64,000 bases of DNA from Eledone cirrhosa (GCA_964016885.1 OZ024753.1:41850001-41914000); one strand, 5' to 3'; numbered from the stretch's first letter, positions 39,401 through 53,767 are shown. Translations and numbers: made by a program. The notes: generated by a model from the sequence alone, not told the origin.

Positions 39401-40559
39401 AGGATTTTTGAGTGTACTGACAGAGACAATGAGAAAGTAAGGAATGATTGAGATAGAGAGGGAGAAAGACTGACAGTGAGTGAGTAAGGAGAGTGAGACA
39501 GATTGACAAAGTGAGTAAGGAGAGAGATAGACAGAGTGAGTGAGAGCAACAAAGAGAGAGAGAGAGAGAGAAAGACAGACGGTGTGTGAAAGCAAGAGGA
39601 AGAGGAGAGAGTGAGAAAGAAAGACTGACAGAATCAGAGCAACAAAGACTGATAGTGTGGGTGAGAGCAGCAGAGAGAGAGAGAGAGAAAAGTGATAAAG
39701 TGAAAACAACTGAGAGAGAGGGAGAGAAAGAAAGAGTGACAACAGAGAGAGGGGGAGAGAGAGAGGAAAGTTTTGAGTTCACAAAATGCTGTATAGTAAT
39801 TTGTATGAATATATAAATATATAATTATTAAAATACGAAATGCGTTTGTTATTGTTTTGTGTGTATAAAATATATATTTCTATATTTGTATATACAATCA
39901 ATAGATCAAAGTGATTTCAGAAAGTTTTGCAGCACAGCTGTTTTCTTCGTTTGTGTGACTGTTCACAGCTTCTTAATAAAGTTCTCGTCTTCATATTTCC
40001 GAAAATAAATATTTGCAAGTTTCAAACGGTTTTTTTTTTTAAATAAAATAAATTTAAGTAAAATAAAGGTTTCGTGTATGAAGTAATTTTAATACATTTT
40101 TTCTTTCTTTGTAATTTTTTGTGTTGTTTTTTGTTGTTTTTTTTAGCAATTAATTGAAACTAATGATTAATTAATTAATAAATAAATACTTTCTTTTTGT
40201 GATAATTTTAATGTATGTACGTGTGTATGCGTAAGCTGGCGAGCATATATCAGTCGGATGTGTTAGAAGGACCAGCGGAAATGGTAGTATTATTGGCAGC
40301 CAGATGCGTTAGATAACAACGGAGAGTTGCAATGACTGCTTCGAATGAATTAAACAACAACAACGAGCACTGTGACCAATCAGTAATATAATATTAACGG
40401 AACGGACCACTGCCGTTTACGGTGCGATTGCGCCTACGGTAAATCACGAAAACTGCCGAACGTTGTCGAATATTAACTTCTTAAACAAAAAATAGTTTTA
40501 AGCACACGAAAATTTATATTTATTTTATATATATATATGTGTCTATTCCCTCTTCTGTG

Positions 40560-41800
40560 TCTGTTGTGTTTTTATCCAGTACAGGATTTAGATATCAGCT
40601 GCACAAGACAGAATTTTAGGGTCTTAAAAATAATTAAATGGTAATTCACGAAGACCACCGAACACAGTCGAATTTGATCGTAAAAACAAATTTTAAGTAC
40701 ATAAACATTTGTCTTTATATAATCTACGCGTGTATAACTTTTTTTATTTAATGTGTGGTCTATACAGTGAAAGATTTAGGCATATGCTAAACAAACTATA
40801 GTTTAGACCTTTAAAATAATTAAATGACAAGTCACGAAAACAACCGAACAGAGTCGAAGTTGAGAGTTATAAAAAGTTTTTAAGTACTTGTATGTTTGTT
40901 TTTCTGTCTGTGTATCTATTATCTGTTGTCAATGCAGTGTAGGAATTAGGCTTAATCTATAAAAACTAAAGCTTGGGGCCTCAAAATAATTTTAAAATGT
41001 ATAGTAAATGACAAAGACGGTTTAATATGGACGTTAAAAAGTTTTTAGGTACATCTAGATTTGTTTTCATGTGTGTGTGTGCCTTGTTGGATTTAAGCAT
41101 AAGCTAAACAAGGCACAGCCTAAGGGCTACCAAATAATTTAAAGGCACATATATATGTCTTTTCAGTTTTTCTGAGATCTAGTGTATTTTTTTTTTAAAC
41201 AAGAAACAATTTATATAGTTAGGGGCCTCGCACAAAGTCGAACGGAGTCGAAAATAAGCCTAACAAAAAGTTTTTAAATACTGAAAAGTTGATAAGCTGA
41301 CCAAGATACTCTCATGGAATAACCAAATGAGGTTTATTTTTCAACATAGTCCCTGGAAAGAAACAATGCAGTTATTAATAAGAAGGGTTTAAATTAATGC
41401 ATGCAAGATTTCACAGCTCTAACATCACTTCTTCATAGTCAGGCGATGAACTTTTCAGCTGACCCTCGTATATTTGTTTATATATATATATGAGTGTCTA
41501 TTTCTTCTCGCTTTTAACATCTATTGTCTATTCAATGTAGGATTTAGACATAATCCACACAAGCTACAGGGTAGAATTTGGGGTCTTAAAATAATTAAAC
41601 CGTAAATCACCGTAAAAATGGAGTCGAATATGAATGTATATAAAAAGTTTTTAAGTACATATACATTTGTTTATATATTAATTTATTTATGTATGTGTGT
41701 ATAGCTCCTCTCTTCAACATCTGTTGTCGATCCAGGAATGGTTCAGGCACAAGCTACTTACTTGGGACCTCACAACAATTAAGGCATGTTTTCAATTTTT
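40560..41800. repeat. Old diverged tandem repeat of about 150-190 bp upstream of cyclin D, interrupted by a mariner MITE
   Basis: Recurrent GGATTTAG-CAT...AAAATAATTAAA...GTCGAA...AAAAAGTTTTTAAGTAC blocks. Confidence 0.6.
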
Positions 41801-41922
41801 ATGTGACATGCTGTAATTTCTTTTAACAAGAAGCCTCCCTTCTTTATTATATACATATAATAAATACTGTGGTTACCCCCGATTGAACCCGACACACACA
41901 CACACATATATATATAGAGAGA

Positions 41923-41975
41923 GAGATTCCTGATGATTTCTAAAGAATGAAACAGTTCTAGTCCTGTAGAATCTC
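41923..41975 (+). ncRNA. Type-I hammerhead-like motif, family B
   Basis: GAGATTC-CTGATGA-tTTC(taaa)GAAt-GAA-ACAG(ttctagtc)CTGT-A-GAATCTC. Confidence 0.6.
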
Positions 41976-41986
41976 ATCTATATTAA

Positions 41987-42022
<36 letters not shown>

Positions 42023-42101
42023 CGAAGGAGTTGTGGTAAGGAACCAGATGGACCATAACGCACCAGAGTACTCAATACTTAGGGTAGTAGAGTGGGTAAT
42101 A

Positions 42102-42206
42102 GGAAAATGTTTAACACCGACGGCAGAGCTCAAGCTGTTTCGACAGCTATTTCTGGAATAGCCGTCGAAACGGCTTGAGCTCTGCCATCGGGGTTAAACA
42201 TTTTCC
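42102..42206. repeat. Near-perfect 105-bp palindrome (about 50-bp stem)
   Basis: GGAAAATGTTTAACACCGACGGCAGAGCTCAAGCTGTTTCGACAGCTATT / AATAGCCGTCGAAACGGCTTGAGCTCTGCCATCGGGGTTAAACATTTTCC. Confidence 0.9.
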
Positions 42207-44831
42207 CATATATATATATCATCAATTTGTTATATGATCGGTCACAATGGAACAATGGAAAACGAAACCAGCAACAAGGAAGGTGTATTAATATATGGTG
42301 CAAGCAATCTTTCAATGTAACATCTGTATATTTCTTTTATATATACAGGGCGTCCCCAACAATGTCTACACACTTCAACAGCATTCTAATAAACGTGTAT
42401 ACATGTGTGTGTGTGTGTGGCAATAAGGGGAGATAATATGAAGAAATTAAGAGCTAATCATCATAAAAAATACAGAGACCATAACAAAAACAAAGATATA
42501 TGCTTAGAAGAAAATTTTATTTTTATTACCAGGTAAAGTGAAGCGTAACCAAAATCGAATTGGCTTGACCAATCGACAAGCGAAATATGGAGGCAGTGTT
42601 CCATACAAATCGAAGATTATAAGTGAAATGTAAAAATGGAAAAGCATAACCAGTTGAAAAAAAAAAAAAATACTAGTGTCCATAGTATCAAAACATGTCT
42701 CCCTTTCTCTGTTCATAGGGCCTTTCATCTCAGCGGAATAGCCATGCTGTAGTAGAGGTTTCGTTCTCTGACTCAGTACCAAGACCATCTTAAATTAACT
42801 CTCAACATCTTGTAATGATTTGATAGAAAATATATAAAAATAAGTTTGTTAATTCAAATGTTTATAGTCTCTTTACTAATGGACAGATTGTTGTGAAAAG
42901 TTGTAATATCAAAGTAAAAACTTTAATTTGTAATATGATGTAATCACAGTACAGTTTTATACTTTTTGGAAATGCCTTGCTAATGCGACTTCATGCTGTA
43001 CAGGACGTTAAGAGTTAAAGCCTGCACTGGGAGTGTCTGTTGCGATAGTAATCGTACCTTATCGCATTTTTCTCTAACACATGCTGACAAAGGTAGTGTA
43101 GTGTTTAGTGAATGGGAGCTCTATATCAAAAGTATAATATATTCTGATATAATTTATACTAGCTGTCCAGTGAATATTCTATTTTGTTGCATAAATTTAT
43201 AAAGAAATCTTCATAACTTTGATACATTATGTTCAACACTTCAGTTAAGTATTGGATCTCGTTCCCATCATTAAACGTAACACTCCACCAAATGCTGTCG
43301 TTAATAAGCATAATAGTTTAGTTTTATATTACTACATCATAATAGTTAGAGTATTAGTTAAATATATATATTTTTACTATTAGAATATTAGTTAACACAC
43401 ACATATATATATATTATATATATATATACATACATAAAATAGTCACTGCTTTAAAACTGATAGCGTATGGTCTTCTAAATGTTTTTAATTAAACATACGG
43501 TATATTGCCAAATATACTAAACATACATTCATGTATACATCGCTATTTCAGAGCATCAATCCTAATACCATATAATAATTAGAATATATATATATATAAA
43601 TATTTTTTCACTAATATATTTTTACTCTTAAAATACAATATCGTTTATATAGATATAATATGCAGTTAAGCAGAAATTGTTTCCTCTCAGATGGATATCT
43701 ATACAAACGATAATGTATCTATCTACATTATAACTGGGATACGCACTCCACCCCCACCGGAGTCCCCATTGACGAAATCCTTCATTCATTTCGGACCCCA
43801 CCATAGTAAAACAGTATAAGAAGATATAAAACAAGATCTATTCATAGTTTTTATAAGCTAACATTATGAAATGTAATTTACCTAATTAAGAATAAACTAT
43901 AACTATATAAGCATGTTGTAATATTTTTTTTTTACTATGTAGGCGAAATGGGGAGGGGGTTATGCTCGGTAGTGTAGTGGTTTTGTCTCGAGGTTTTTGT
44001 CAAGGACCCCAGTCTAACTTGATATATAGATGGATCAATAAATGTTTAGATAAATAAATATATACAGTCCTATTTCTATTTCAAAATATTAAATGTTGTG
44101 ATTTAGTTTTAGGTCAACTTTGATCGAGTCCTATGACAATTTAACACCAACACCACCACCACCTGGTTTTGTCTTCTCATAACTTTCTTAATAATATATA
44201 TATATATTCTTAGTAGTGTATATATATATATATATATTTAACTAACTCTGTAACAGAGTTAGTTAAGATTTGGTGAAATTCCAAATAAATTATTTTTCAC
44301 TTAAAAAAGAACTTTCATTATTGTAGTTCCTTTTGTTAATGCTTTCATTTTACTAAATATTTTAACGCACTGGGGTTGATTTAATATAGCCCCCCCCCCC
44401 CTAAAATTGTTGGCCTTACAGGAGTTGATAAAATAAAGTACCAGTAAGGCACTGAGGTCCTTTAATAGACTTTCCTCTCCCCTTAAATTGTTGGTCTTGT
44501 GCCTAATTCTGAAACAGTTATTAAGAAAATTGTTGTGTGTGTGTGGGGACACTAGAGTGTAAGTATGCCATGATCAGGACAAAGCCGTTCCAGTCGTGAT
44601 CATCCCGTCTTTTTGTATACTATCAACGACTACATCGTTCAAAATGTCCATACTTTTAAGAGTGATGAATATGATTGGAAATAGAGTTGGTTGCTATGTC
44701 TAGCAGGTCGCACAACCACGTAGTATTGGAGTCTCATTCAAATATACATATTTCTTTTTATTTGGGACTGGTTTGAATGAAGTGAATACACTGAGTGACA
44801 GGCGCTGACACACAGACACATAGTAATTTAG

Positions 44832-47800
44832 CACACACACACACACACACATGGTACATTATCACACACACACACATGGTACATTATCACACACACACAC
44901 ACACACATGGTACATTATCACACACACACACATGGTACATTATCACACACATGGTACATTATCACACACACATGGTACATTATCACACACACACACACAT
45001 GGTACATTATCACACACACACACATGGTACATTATCACACACATGGTACATTATCACACACACACACACATGGTACATTATCACACACACACACATGGTA
45101 CATTATCACACACACACACACATGGTACATTATCACACACACACACATGGTACATTATCACACACACACATGGTACATTATCACACACACACACACACAT
45201 AGTACATTATCACACACACACACATGGTACATTATCACACACACACATGGTACATTATCACACACACACGCATGGTACATTATCACACACACACACACAC
45301 ATGGTACATTATCACACATACACACAGACATGGTACATTATCACATACACACACATGGTACATTATCACACACACACACACATGGTACATTATCACACAC
45401 ACACACACACACACACATGGTACATTATCACATACACACACATGGTACATTATCACACACACACACATGGTACATTATCACACACACACACACACACATG
45501 GTCCATTATCACACACACACATGGTACATTATCACACACACACATGGTACATTATCACACATACACACAGACATGGTACATTATCACACACACACACATG
45601 GTACATTATCACACACACACACACATGGTACATTATCACACACACACACACACACACATGGTACATTATCACATACACACACATGGTACATTATCACACA
45701 CACACACATGGTACATTATCACACACACACACACACACATGGTCCATTATCACACACACACACACACACACACATAGTACATTATCACACACACACACAC
45801 ACACACACGGTACATTATCACACACACACACACATGGTACATTATCACACACACGCATGGTACATTATCACACACACACATGGTACATTATCACACACAC
45901 ACACACACATGGTACATTATCACACACACACGCATGGTACATTATCACACACACACACACACATGGTACATTATCACACACACACATGGTACATTATCAC
46001 ACATACACACAGACATGGTACATTATCACATACACACACATGGTACATTATCACACACACACACATGGTACATTATCACACACACACACACACACATGGT
46101 ACATTATCACACACACACACATGGTACATTATCACACACACACACATGGTACATTATCACACACATGGTACATTATCACACACACATGGTACATTATCAC
46201 ACACACACACACATGGTACATTATCACACACACACACATGGTACATTATCACACACATGGTACATTATCACACACACACACACATGGTACATTATCACAC
46301 ACACACACATGGTACATTATCACACACACACACACATGGTACATTATCACACACACACACATGGTACATTATCACACACACACATGGTACATTATCACAC
46401 ACACACACACACATAGTACATTATCACACACACACACATGGTACATTATCACACACACACATGGTACATTATCACACACACACGCATGGTACATTATCAC
46501 ACACACACACACACATGGTACATTATCACACATACACACAGACATGGTACATTATCACATACACACACATGGTACATTATCACACACACACACACATGGT
46601 ACATTATCACACACACACACACACACACACATGGTACATTATCACATACACACACATGGTACATTATCACACACACACACATGGTACATTATCACACACA
46701 CACACACACACATGGTCCATTATCACACACACACATGGTACATTATCACACACACACATGGTACATTATCACACATACACACAGACATGGTACATTATCA
46801 CACACACACACATGGTACATTATCACACACACACACACATGGTACATTATCACACACACACACACACACACATGGTACATTATCACATACACACACATGG
46901 TACATTATCACACACATGGTACATTATCACACACACACACACACACATGGTCCATTATCACACACACACACACACACACACATAGTACATTATCACACAC
47001 ACACACACACACACACGGTACATTATCACACACACACACACATGGTACATTATCACACACACGCATGGTACATTATCACACACACACATGGTACATTATC
47101 ACACACACACACACACATGGTACATTATCACACACACACGCATGGTACATTATCACACACACACACACACATGGTACATTATCACACACACACATGGTAC
47201 ATTATCACACATACACACAGACATGGTACATTATCACATACACACACATGGTACATTATCACACACACACACACATGGTACATTATCACACACACACACA
47301 CACACATGGTACATTATCACATACACACACATGGTACATTATCACACACACACACATGGTACATTATCACACACACACGCATGGTACATTATCACACACA
47401 CACATGGTACATTATCACACACACACACAGACATGGTACATTATCACACACACACACATGGTACATAATCACACACACACACATGGTACATTATCACATA
47501 CACACACATGGTACATTATCACACACACACACATGGTACATTATCACACACACACACATGGTACATTATCACACACACACACATGGTACATTATCACATA
47601 CACACACATGGTACATTATCACATACACACACATGGTACATTATCACACACACACATGGTACATTATCACACACACACGCATGGTACATTATCACATACA
47701 CACGCATGGTACATTATCACACACACACGCATGGTACATTATCACACACACACGCATGGTACATTATCACACAGACATGGTACATTATCACACACACACG

Positions 47801-48922
47801 CAGACATGGTACATTATCACACACACACACATGGTACATTATCACACACATGGTACATTATCACACACACACGCATGGTACATTATCACACACACAGACA
47901 TGGTACATTATCACATACACACACATGGTACATTATCACACACACACATGGTACATTATCACACACACACACACACACATGGTACATTATCACACACACA
48001 CGCATGGTACATTATCACACACACAAACAGACATGGTACATTATCACACACACACACACATGGTACATTATCACACACACACGCATGGTACATTATCACA
48101 CACAGACATGGTATATTATCACACACACAGACATGGTACATTATCACACACACAGACATGGTACATTATCACATACACACACATGGTACATTATCACATA
48201 CACACAGACATGGTACATTATCACATACACACACATGGTACATTATCACACACACACACACACATGGTACATTATCACACACACACACACACAGACATGG
48301 TACATTATCACACACAGACATGGTACATTATCACATACACACACATGGTACATTATCACACACACACACACATGGTACATTATCACACATACACAGACAT
48401 GGTACATTATCACACACACACACATGGTACATTATCACACACACACACATGGTACATTATCTCACACACACACATGGTACATTATCACACACACACACAC
48501 ATAGTACATTATCTCACACACACACACACATGGTACATTATCACATACACACACATGGTACATTATCACACACATACTTGGTACATTATCACACACACAC
48601 ACAGTACATTATCACACACACATGGTACATTATCACACACACATGGTTCATTATCACACACACACATGGTACATTATCACACACACACATGGTACATTAT
48701 CACACACACATAGTACACTATCACACACACACATGGTACATTATCACACACACATGGTACATTATCACACACACATAGTACATTATCACACACACATAGT
48801 ACACTATCACACACATACATGGTACATTATCACACACACATGGTACATTATCACACACACACACACACACATGGTGCATTATCACACACACACACACACA
48901 CGGTACATTATCACGTACACAC
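44832..48922. repeat. 4.1-kb compound minisatellite ATGGTACATTATC(AC)n
   Basis: Fixed 13-nt core separated by variable-length CA runs; a block of about 1.21 kb is duplicated. Confidence 0.97.
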
Positions 48923-49565
48923 TGTGAAATGATACATACATAATTTACACAGACACACACTACATTGGCCCATACACAGTACCATGATACACACACACAC
49001 ACAATACAATGATACATACATATTTACACAGACACAACAGATTTACATAGGCACACACATACACAGCTCTTTTATACAATATACCCACACATACATAGAT
49101 CGTACATAGTCACACACACACACACCCATAGTCTCGTACACATTCACACACACAGTACACATACACTCTCATACTGTACAATGACATACACACATATATA
49201 TGTACATTGACAGTCACACACACACACGTACATTGACACATACATTCAGTCACACACACACACATATGTGTACTTAGACACAGACACGCATACGTGTACA
49301 TTAACACAATGTACATTCACACAGTCACGCACACACACGTGTGTACATTAACACAGTCACGCACACACACACACACACACGTGTGTACATTAACACAATG
49401 TACATTCACACAGTCACGCACGCACGGACACACACACGTGTACATTAACACAATGTACATTCACACAGTCACGCGCACGCACACACACACATACACATAT
49501 ATACACATATATATATACACAGTCTCATATACACTATACATTGACACAATACCCAAGCACGTACG

Positions 49566-49690
49566 ACCCCTACCCCCTCGTTCCCCGCCCTCCCTCCTCC
49601 AATCCCGAGTGTAAAGCTAGTTGCCATGGGCCATTGCTAATTTTAGTGAAAAGTGGGCCAACTTTCCAGCTCTTAAAAGAACCAATAAGA
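49566..49690. promoter_or_regulatory. Candidate cis-regulatory island (GC box, CCAAT, partial RFX X-box)
   Basis: CCCCGCCC at 49583, CCAAT at 49599 and 49682, GTTGCCATGG at 49620, in non-repetitive GC-richer sequence. Confidence 0.3.
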
Positions 49691-50040
49691 AAGCAGTAGA
49701 GACACAACTGCTCGGCCTCAATGACAAGCAGCTTTTTATTGAATGAACATTTCTATTTTGTTGTAAGAAAAGTAGAACGTAGTGTAAGAATTAAACACAC
49801 ACACACACAGATACATACACATATACACACATCTATCTATCTAAAAGGGAAGCTACAAAATTTGTAGTCCCATTAATATTTCTCTTATCTCTATTTATCT
49901 GTGTATACACGTATATATATATATGTGTGTGTGTGTGATTAATTAATCTAATGTGAAAACAAATAAATATGTAGAAAGTTTTAGTGAATGAAACATTTTT
50001 ACTCTGTTGTAGGAAAACTAGAATGTAGTGTAAGAATTAA

Positions 50041-50074
<34 letters not shown>

Positions 50075-50191
50075 TTACTGTCATTTCTATAATACGAAGA
50101 GGGTGTTTAACTCTAACACACTCCAGTATTTTAACCCTTATATATATATATACATATGTATGCATGCATATATATATATATATATATATAT

Positions 50192-50392
50192 AAGTTTATC
50201 CCGGGTTCAATCGGGGGTAACTACAGTAAGTAAGGTACTCAATACATAGCAGAGTATAAATATTTAATATAGAAAGGCTTCTACAGGACTAGAACTGTTT
50301 CATTCGGGAGAAATCATCAGGAAGCCGACTCCTGGTGATTTTTCCCGAATGAAACAGTTCTAGTCCTGTAGAAAGCATTTCTATATTAAATA
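50192..50392 (-). mobile_element. Penelope-like terminal-repeat remnant with inverted partial copy, set in (TA)n
   Basis: Inverted duplication 50262-50326 / 50330-50392; same family fragments at 10586-10676 and 41866-41990. Confidence 0.55.
50276..50326 (-). ncRNA. Type-I hammerhead-like motif, family B
   Basis: Minus strand: GGCTTC-CTGATGA-tTTC(tccc)GAAt-GAA-ACAG(ttctagtc)CTGT-A-GAAGCC. Confidence 0.62.
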
Positions 50393-50927
50393 TATATATA
50401 TATACACACACACAAAGGGAAGCTACACACTTTAATACTTTTGTAGCTTGATTTATCTGTCTGTGTAAGTAAGTATTAGAATGTTTAAATCTGAATGGGC
50501 ATATATTACTACTAGTGTAGAAATATATTTTCTAAGGCATACACACATTGCATGTGTACATATGTATGTATATATGCATGTGTGTATGTATGTGTCTGTG
50601 TGAATGTGTAGGTTGATTAATCTAATGTGTAAAAAAAATATATATAATTATATTAGAACATTATTCAGATAAGACGACTAAGAATGTAAAAAATATAAAA
50701 TATATATAAAATAAAATATAGTTTAATGGGAGAAACATGAAGTAGAAACAAAAGAAGTGAGTCATTCATAAAGGAGACAGACTTTTTAAGTATTACACTG
50801 AAACAGAATTATGAAAGTTAAACGACTGTTGCATAACGTGCTTTTAAATTATTTAAAAATATATAATTAGAATAGAAAGTATTTAGAAGTTAGCGACGAA
50901 AAAATTAAGTGAAATGAATTATTTAAA

Positions 50928-51226
50928 ATCTCTATATATAAAGTTGTATTCCTTTCTGTCTGTTTATTTGTTCACGAATTCCTCCTATGGTTTTGGAGAT
51001 AGACCCCCATAACCATATATATTCTGAAACTACATTGCCCAGGGTACTGGGATAAGTATATTTCATTTTAATCAAAAGGTTCCCCGGGGGCACAAACCCC
51101 CCGCTGAAAATGTTTTCCCTTCGATTTATATGAAATTTAAACCATAGGTAAATGATAAGATATGATGCCTATTCACAAAATTTCAATAATATTAAGACAC
51201 CCTAATGGAGGTTAAACCTCTTCTAG
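50928..51226 (+). mobile_element. Helitron-like element, internally deleted
   Basis: A-TCTCTATATATAAA start, TCTGTCTGTTT motif, CTAG-T end; homologous to 34735-35250. Confidence 0.5.
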
Positions 51227-52715
51227 TATATTATAAAATTGCAGGAAAATCCTATTAAAATGTCAAGAAAATGTTTATAATTTTGGTCAAGAAATAAATA
51301 AGTCACAGGAAAAATGTCACGTTTGATTAAATTAACTATAAATCTCAAGTTATTTCTGTAATGAATGAAACAACTTGCTTCAGGGGTTAATGTGCTTAGC
51401 TTGCGATCTTACGAACGTGAGTTCGATTCTCGGCGGTCTGTTGTGTCATCCTTGAGCCCTTGAGCAAGTCACTTTATTTCACGTTGCTACAGTCAGTTGG
51501 TAAACAGAAAAGAAAAATTAGTTGTACTCGTGAATTTAAAAGACCAGCCTTGTCACGCAATGTGTCAGCTGAATGTCCCTGAGAAGTACGTAAAGGGTAC
51601 TCGTGTGTTCTGTTGATAGTATCAACTGGAACACTCGTCGTCTGAACCGACGGAGATCCAACACATCAAATAAACTAATATATGAAGCAGTTTATTCATC
51701 ATCATCATCACCGTTTTACGTTCGTTCTTCCACGCTAGCATGGGTTAGACGGATATTGATGTACTCAATACACGAGTTATATGTAGAGGAAGACAACACC
51801 GTTTATATAAGGTTTCTGATTTAGGCACAATGCCAACGATTTTAGGGGAAAGTCGAAAGCCAGCAATTACCCCAGTGCATTACTGGTACTTTATTTTATT
51901 GACCCTGTAAGGATGAAAGGCAAAGTTAATCTCGACGGGATTCGAACTCAATTTATGTAATTGTTACTAATTTAGGCAGAAGGCTGGTAATATATGAGAG
52001 GAAAATCCATTATATCGACCCCAGAACTTAACTGGTACTTTATCTAAACCCCCACACCACTACAGCATACACACTAGTGATGTAAGGCAAAGTTGAGCTT
52101 GATGGGATTTGAACTTGGGGCCTAAAGATCCCAAAGAAATACTGTGAGGCATTTGATCTGAAATGTGACCTAGTGGTTAGAGTGTTGGACTCATGATCGT
52201 AAGGTTGTGGGTTCGTAACGTGGACTGAATGGCATGTGTTTTTGTGCAAGATATTTTCTTTCGGGTTGCTCTTGTGAATTGGCAGAGTCATTAGAATGTC
52301 AGATAGAATGCTTTATGGTATTCGTTCCAACTTTCTGCTCTCTGAGTTCAAATCCCTCCAAAATCAACTTTGCCTTTCATCTATTTAAGGTCAATAAAAA
52401 AACTACATTGTTTCCTTCCAGGGTTTATGTTGAAAAATAAACCACATTTGAACATTCCATGAGAGTATCTTGATCAGCTTATGAACCTTTCAGACGATCC
52501 TTATAGTTTACAGTGAGTACACTGTATGGAATTTCTATCTTCTCCTTTTCTGCCTAGCAAGCACAAACATTTCTCAGATGGTAACAGGGTCTTATCTTCT
52601 ATCATACTTAATTAATTCATCTTGATTCTAGATATTGTTCCTACATTTAGAATTTGCTCGTTAGATCTTCAACAGATTCAGCAATTAGAACCAGGTTACC
52701 AGCATATAGAAGTTC

Positions 52716-52980
52716 ATAATGGCTTGCTGAACTATAATAAACTGGAGGGGGCTTTGATAGAAGTTCCTATGGACAACTGGGTCTTAAATCCCTCCATAAT
52801 GGCCTGCTGAACTATAATAAACTGGAGGGGGCTTTGATAGAAGTTCCTATGGACAACTGGGTCTTAAATCCCTCCATAATGGCCTGCTGAACTATAATAA
52901 ACTGGAGGGGGCTTTGATAGAAGTTCCTATGGACAACTGGGTCTTAAATCCCTCCATAATGGCCTGCTGGACTATAACAA
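52716..52980. repeat. 80-bp tandem triplication
   Basis: Unit CTGAACTATAATAAACTGGAGGGGGCTTTGATAGAAGTTCCTATGGACAACTGGGTCTTAAATCCCTCCATAATGGCCTG. Confidence 0.93.
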
Positions 52981-53490
52981 ACATGAGTGGGGTGGGGGTT
53001 AAGGATTGTGCTTTCATAAACATCTGCCTATTCACACTTTAAAGACCTCTTTATAGACATGGCTGGCATTACACTCACAAGCCATTCATCTACACCAGGG
53101 GTTCATAACCCCCTTTTTTTTTGACATTTGGATACCACTGCCCCCTTCCCCCCACTACTGGGGTACATACTATTGCTATCTCCATCTCCCCCTATAACGG
53201 GATACTTATGACTGATGCCCCCCCCCCCCCCCACCAAACACTAGGGTACAAACCACTGCTGCCTCCAAAACCAGGATACTGACTACTACTGCTCCCTCCC
53301 CACAACACAGGGATACTGACGCCCCCTCCCCCCAACACTGGGACACTTACTACAGCTCCCTCTTCTGCCCTCCCCCCAAACAGGGATACTGACTACCCCC
53401 CCCCCCAAAAAAAAAACCCACTTAATACAAATTTATATATATAAATATATAAAAAAAAAAGCAAAAACAAATTTTCCAATAAAAAATATA

Positions 53491-53496
53491 TTTATT
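53491..53496 (-). terminator. Candidate CSTF2 polyadenylation signal AATAAA
   Basis: TTTATT on + strand about 270 nt past the stop, followed on the minus strand by U-rich and then G-rich tracts. Confidence 0.55.
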
Positions 53497-53767
53497 CTTA
53501 GAAATGAATAAAAAAAGTTTGTTTCCATGTTGCTGTTTCCTAGCTCCAGGTTAAACCTTACTGAGCAGCCCTATATCTAGCCATGACCATCCCTCCTCTC
53601 TTTTATCTTTACAGGCTGTATATCTAGGACTAGATCACCCAATGTTAGCCTTTTAGAATGGTAAGGTGTTATTTGAGAGAGAGATATTTAGCTGCTATCT
53701 CTAGCAACTCCAGTGACCACGTATAGGCTGTTCCCTTGTCAGCTCCAGATCATCATCTTCCTGTTGT

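Noticed and set aside
44795-48927. Very long His/Thr-rich ORFs (up to 1184 aa) and CRISPR-like repeat/spacer appearance
   Set aside because: All three frames are open only because the unit lacks stops; the spacers are just (CA)n; eukaryotic context with no cas genes.
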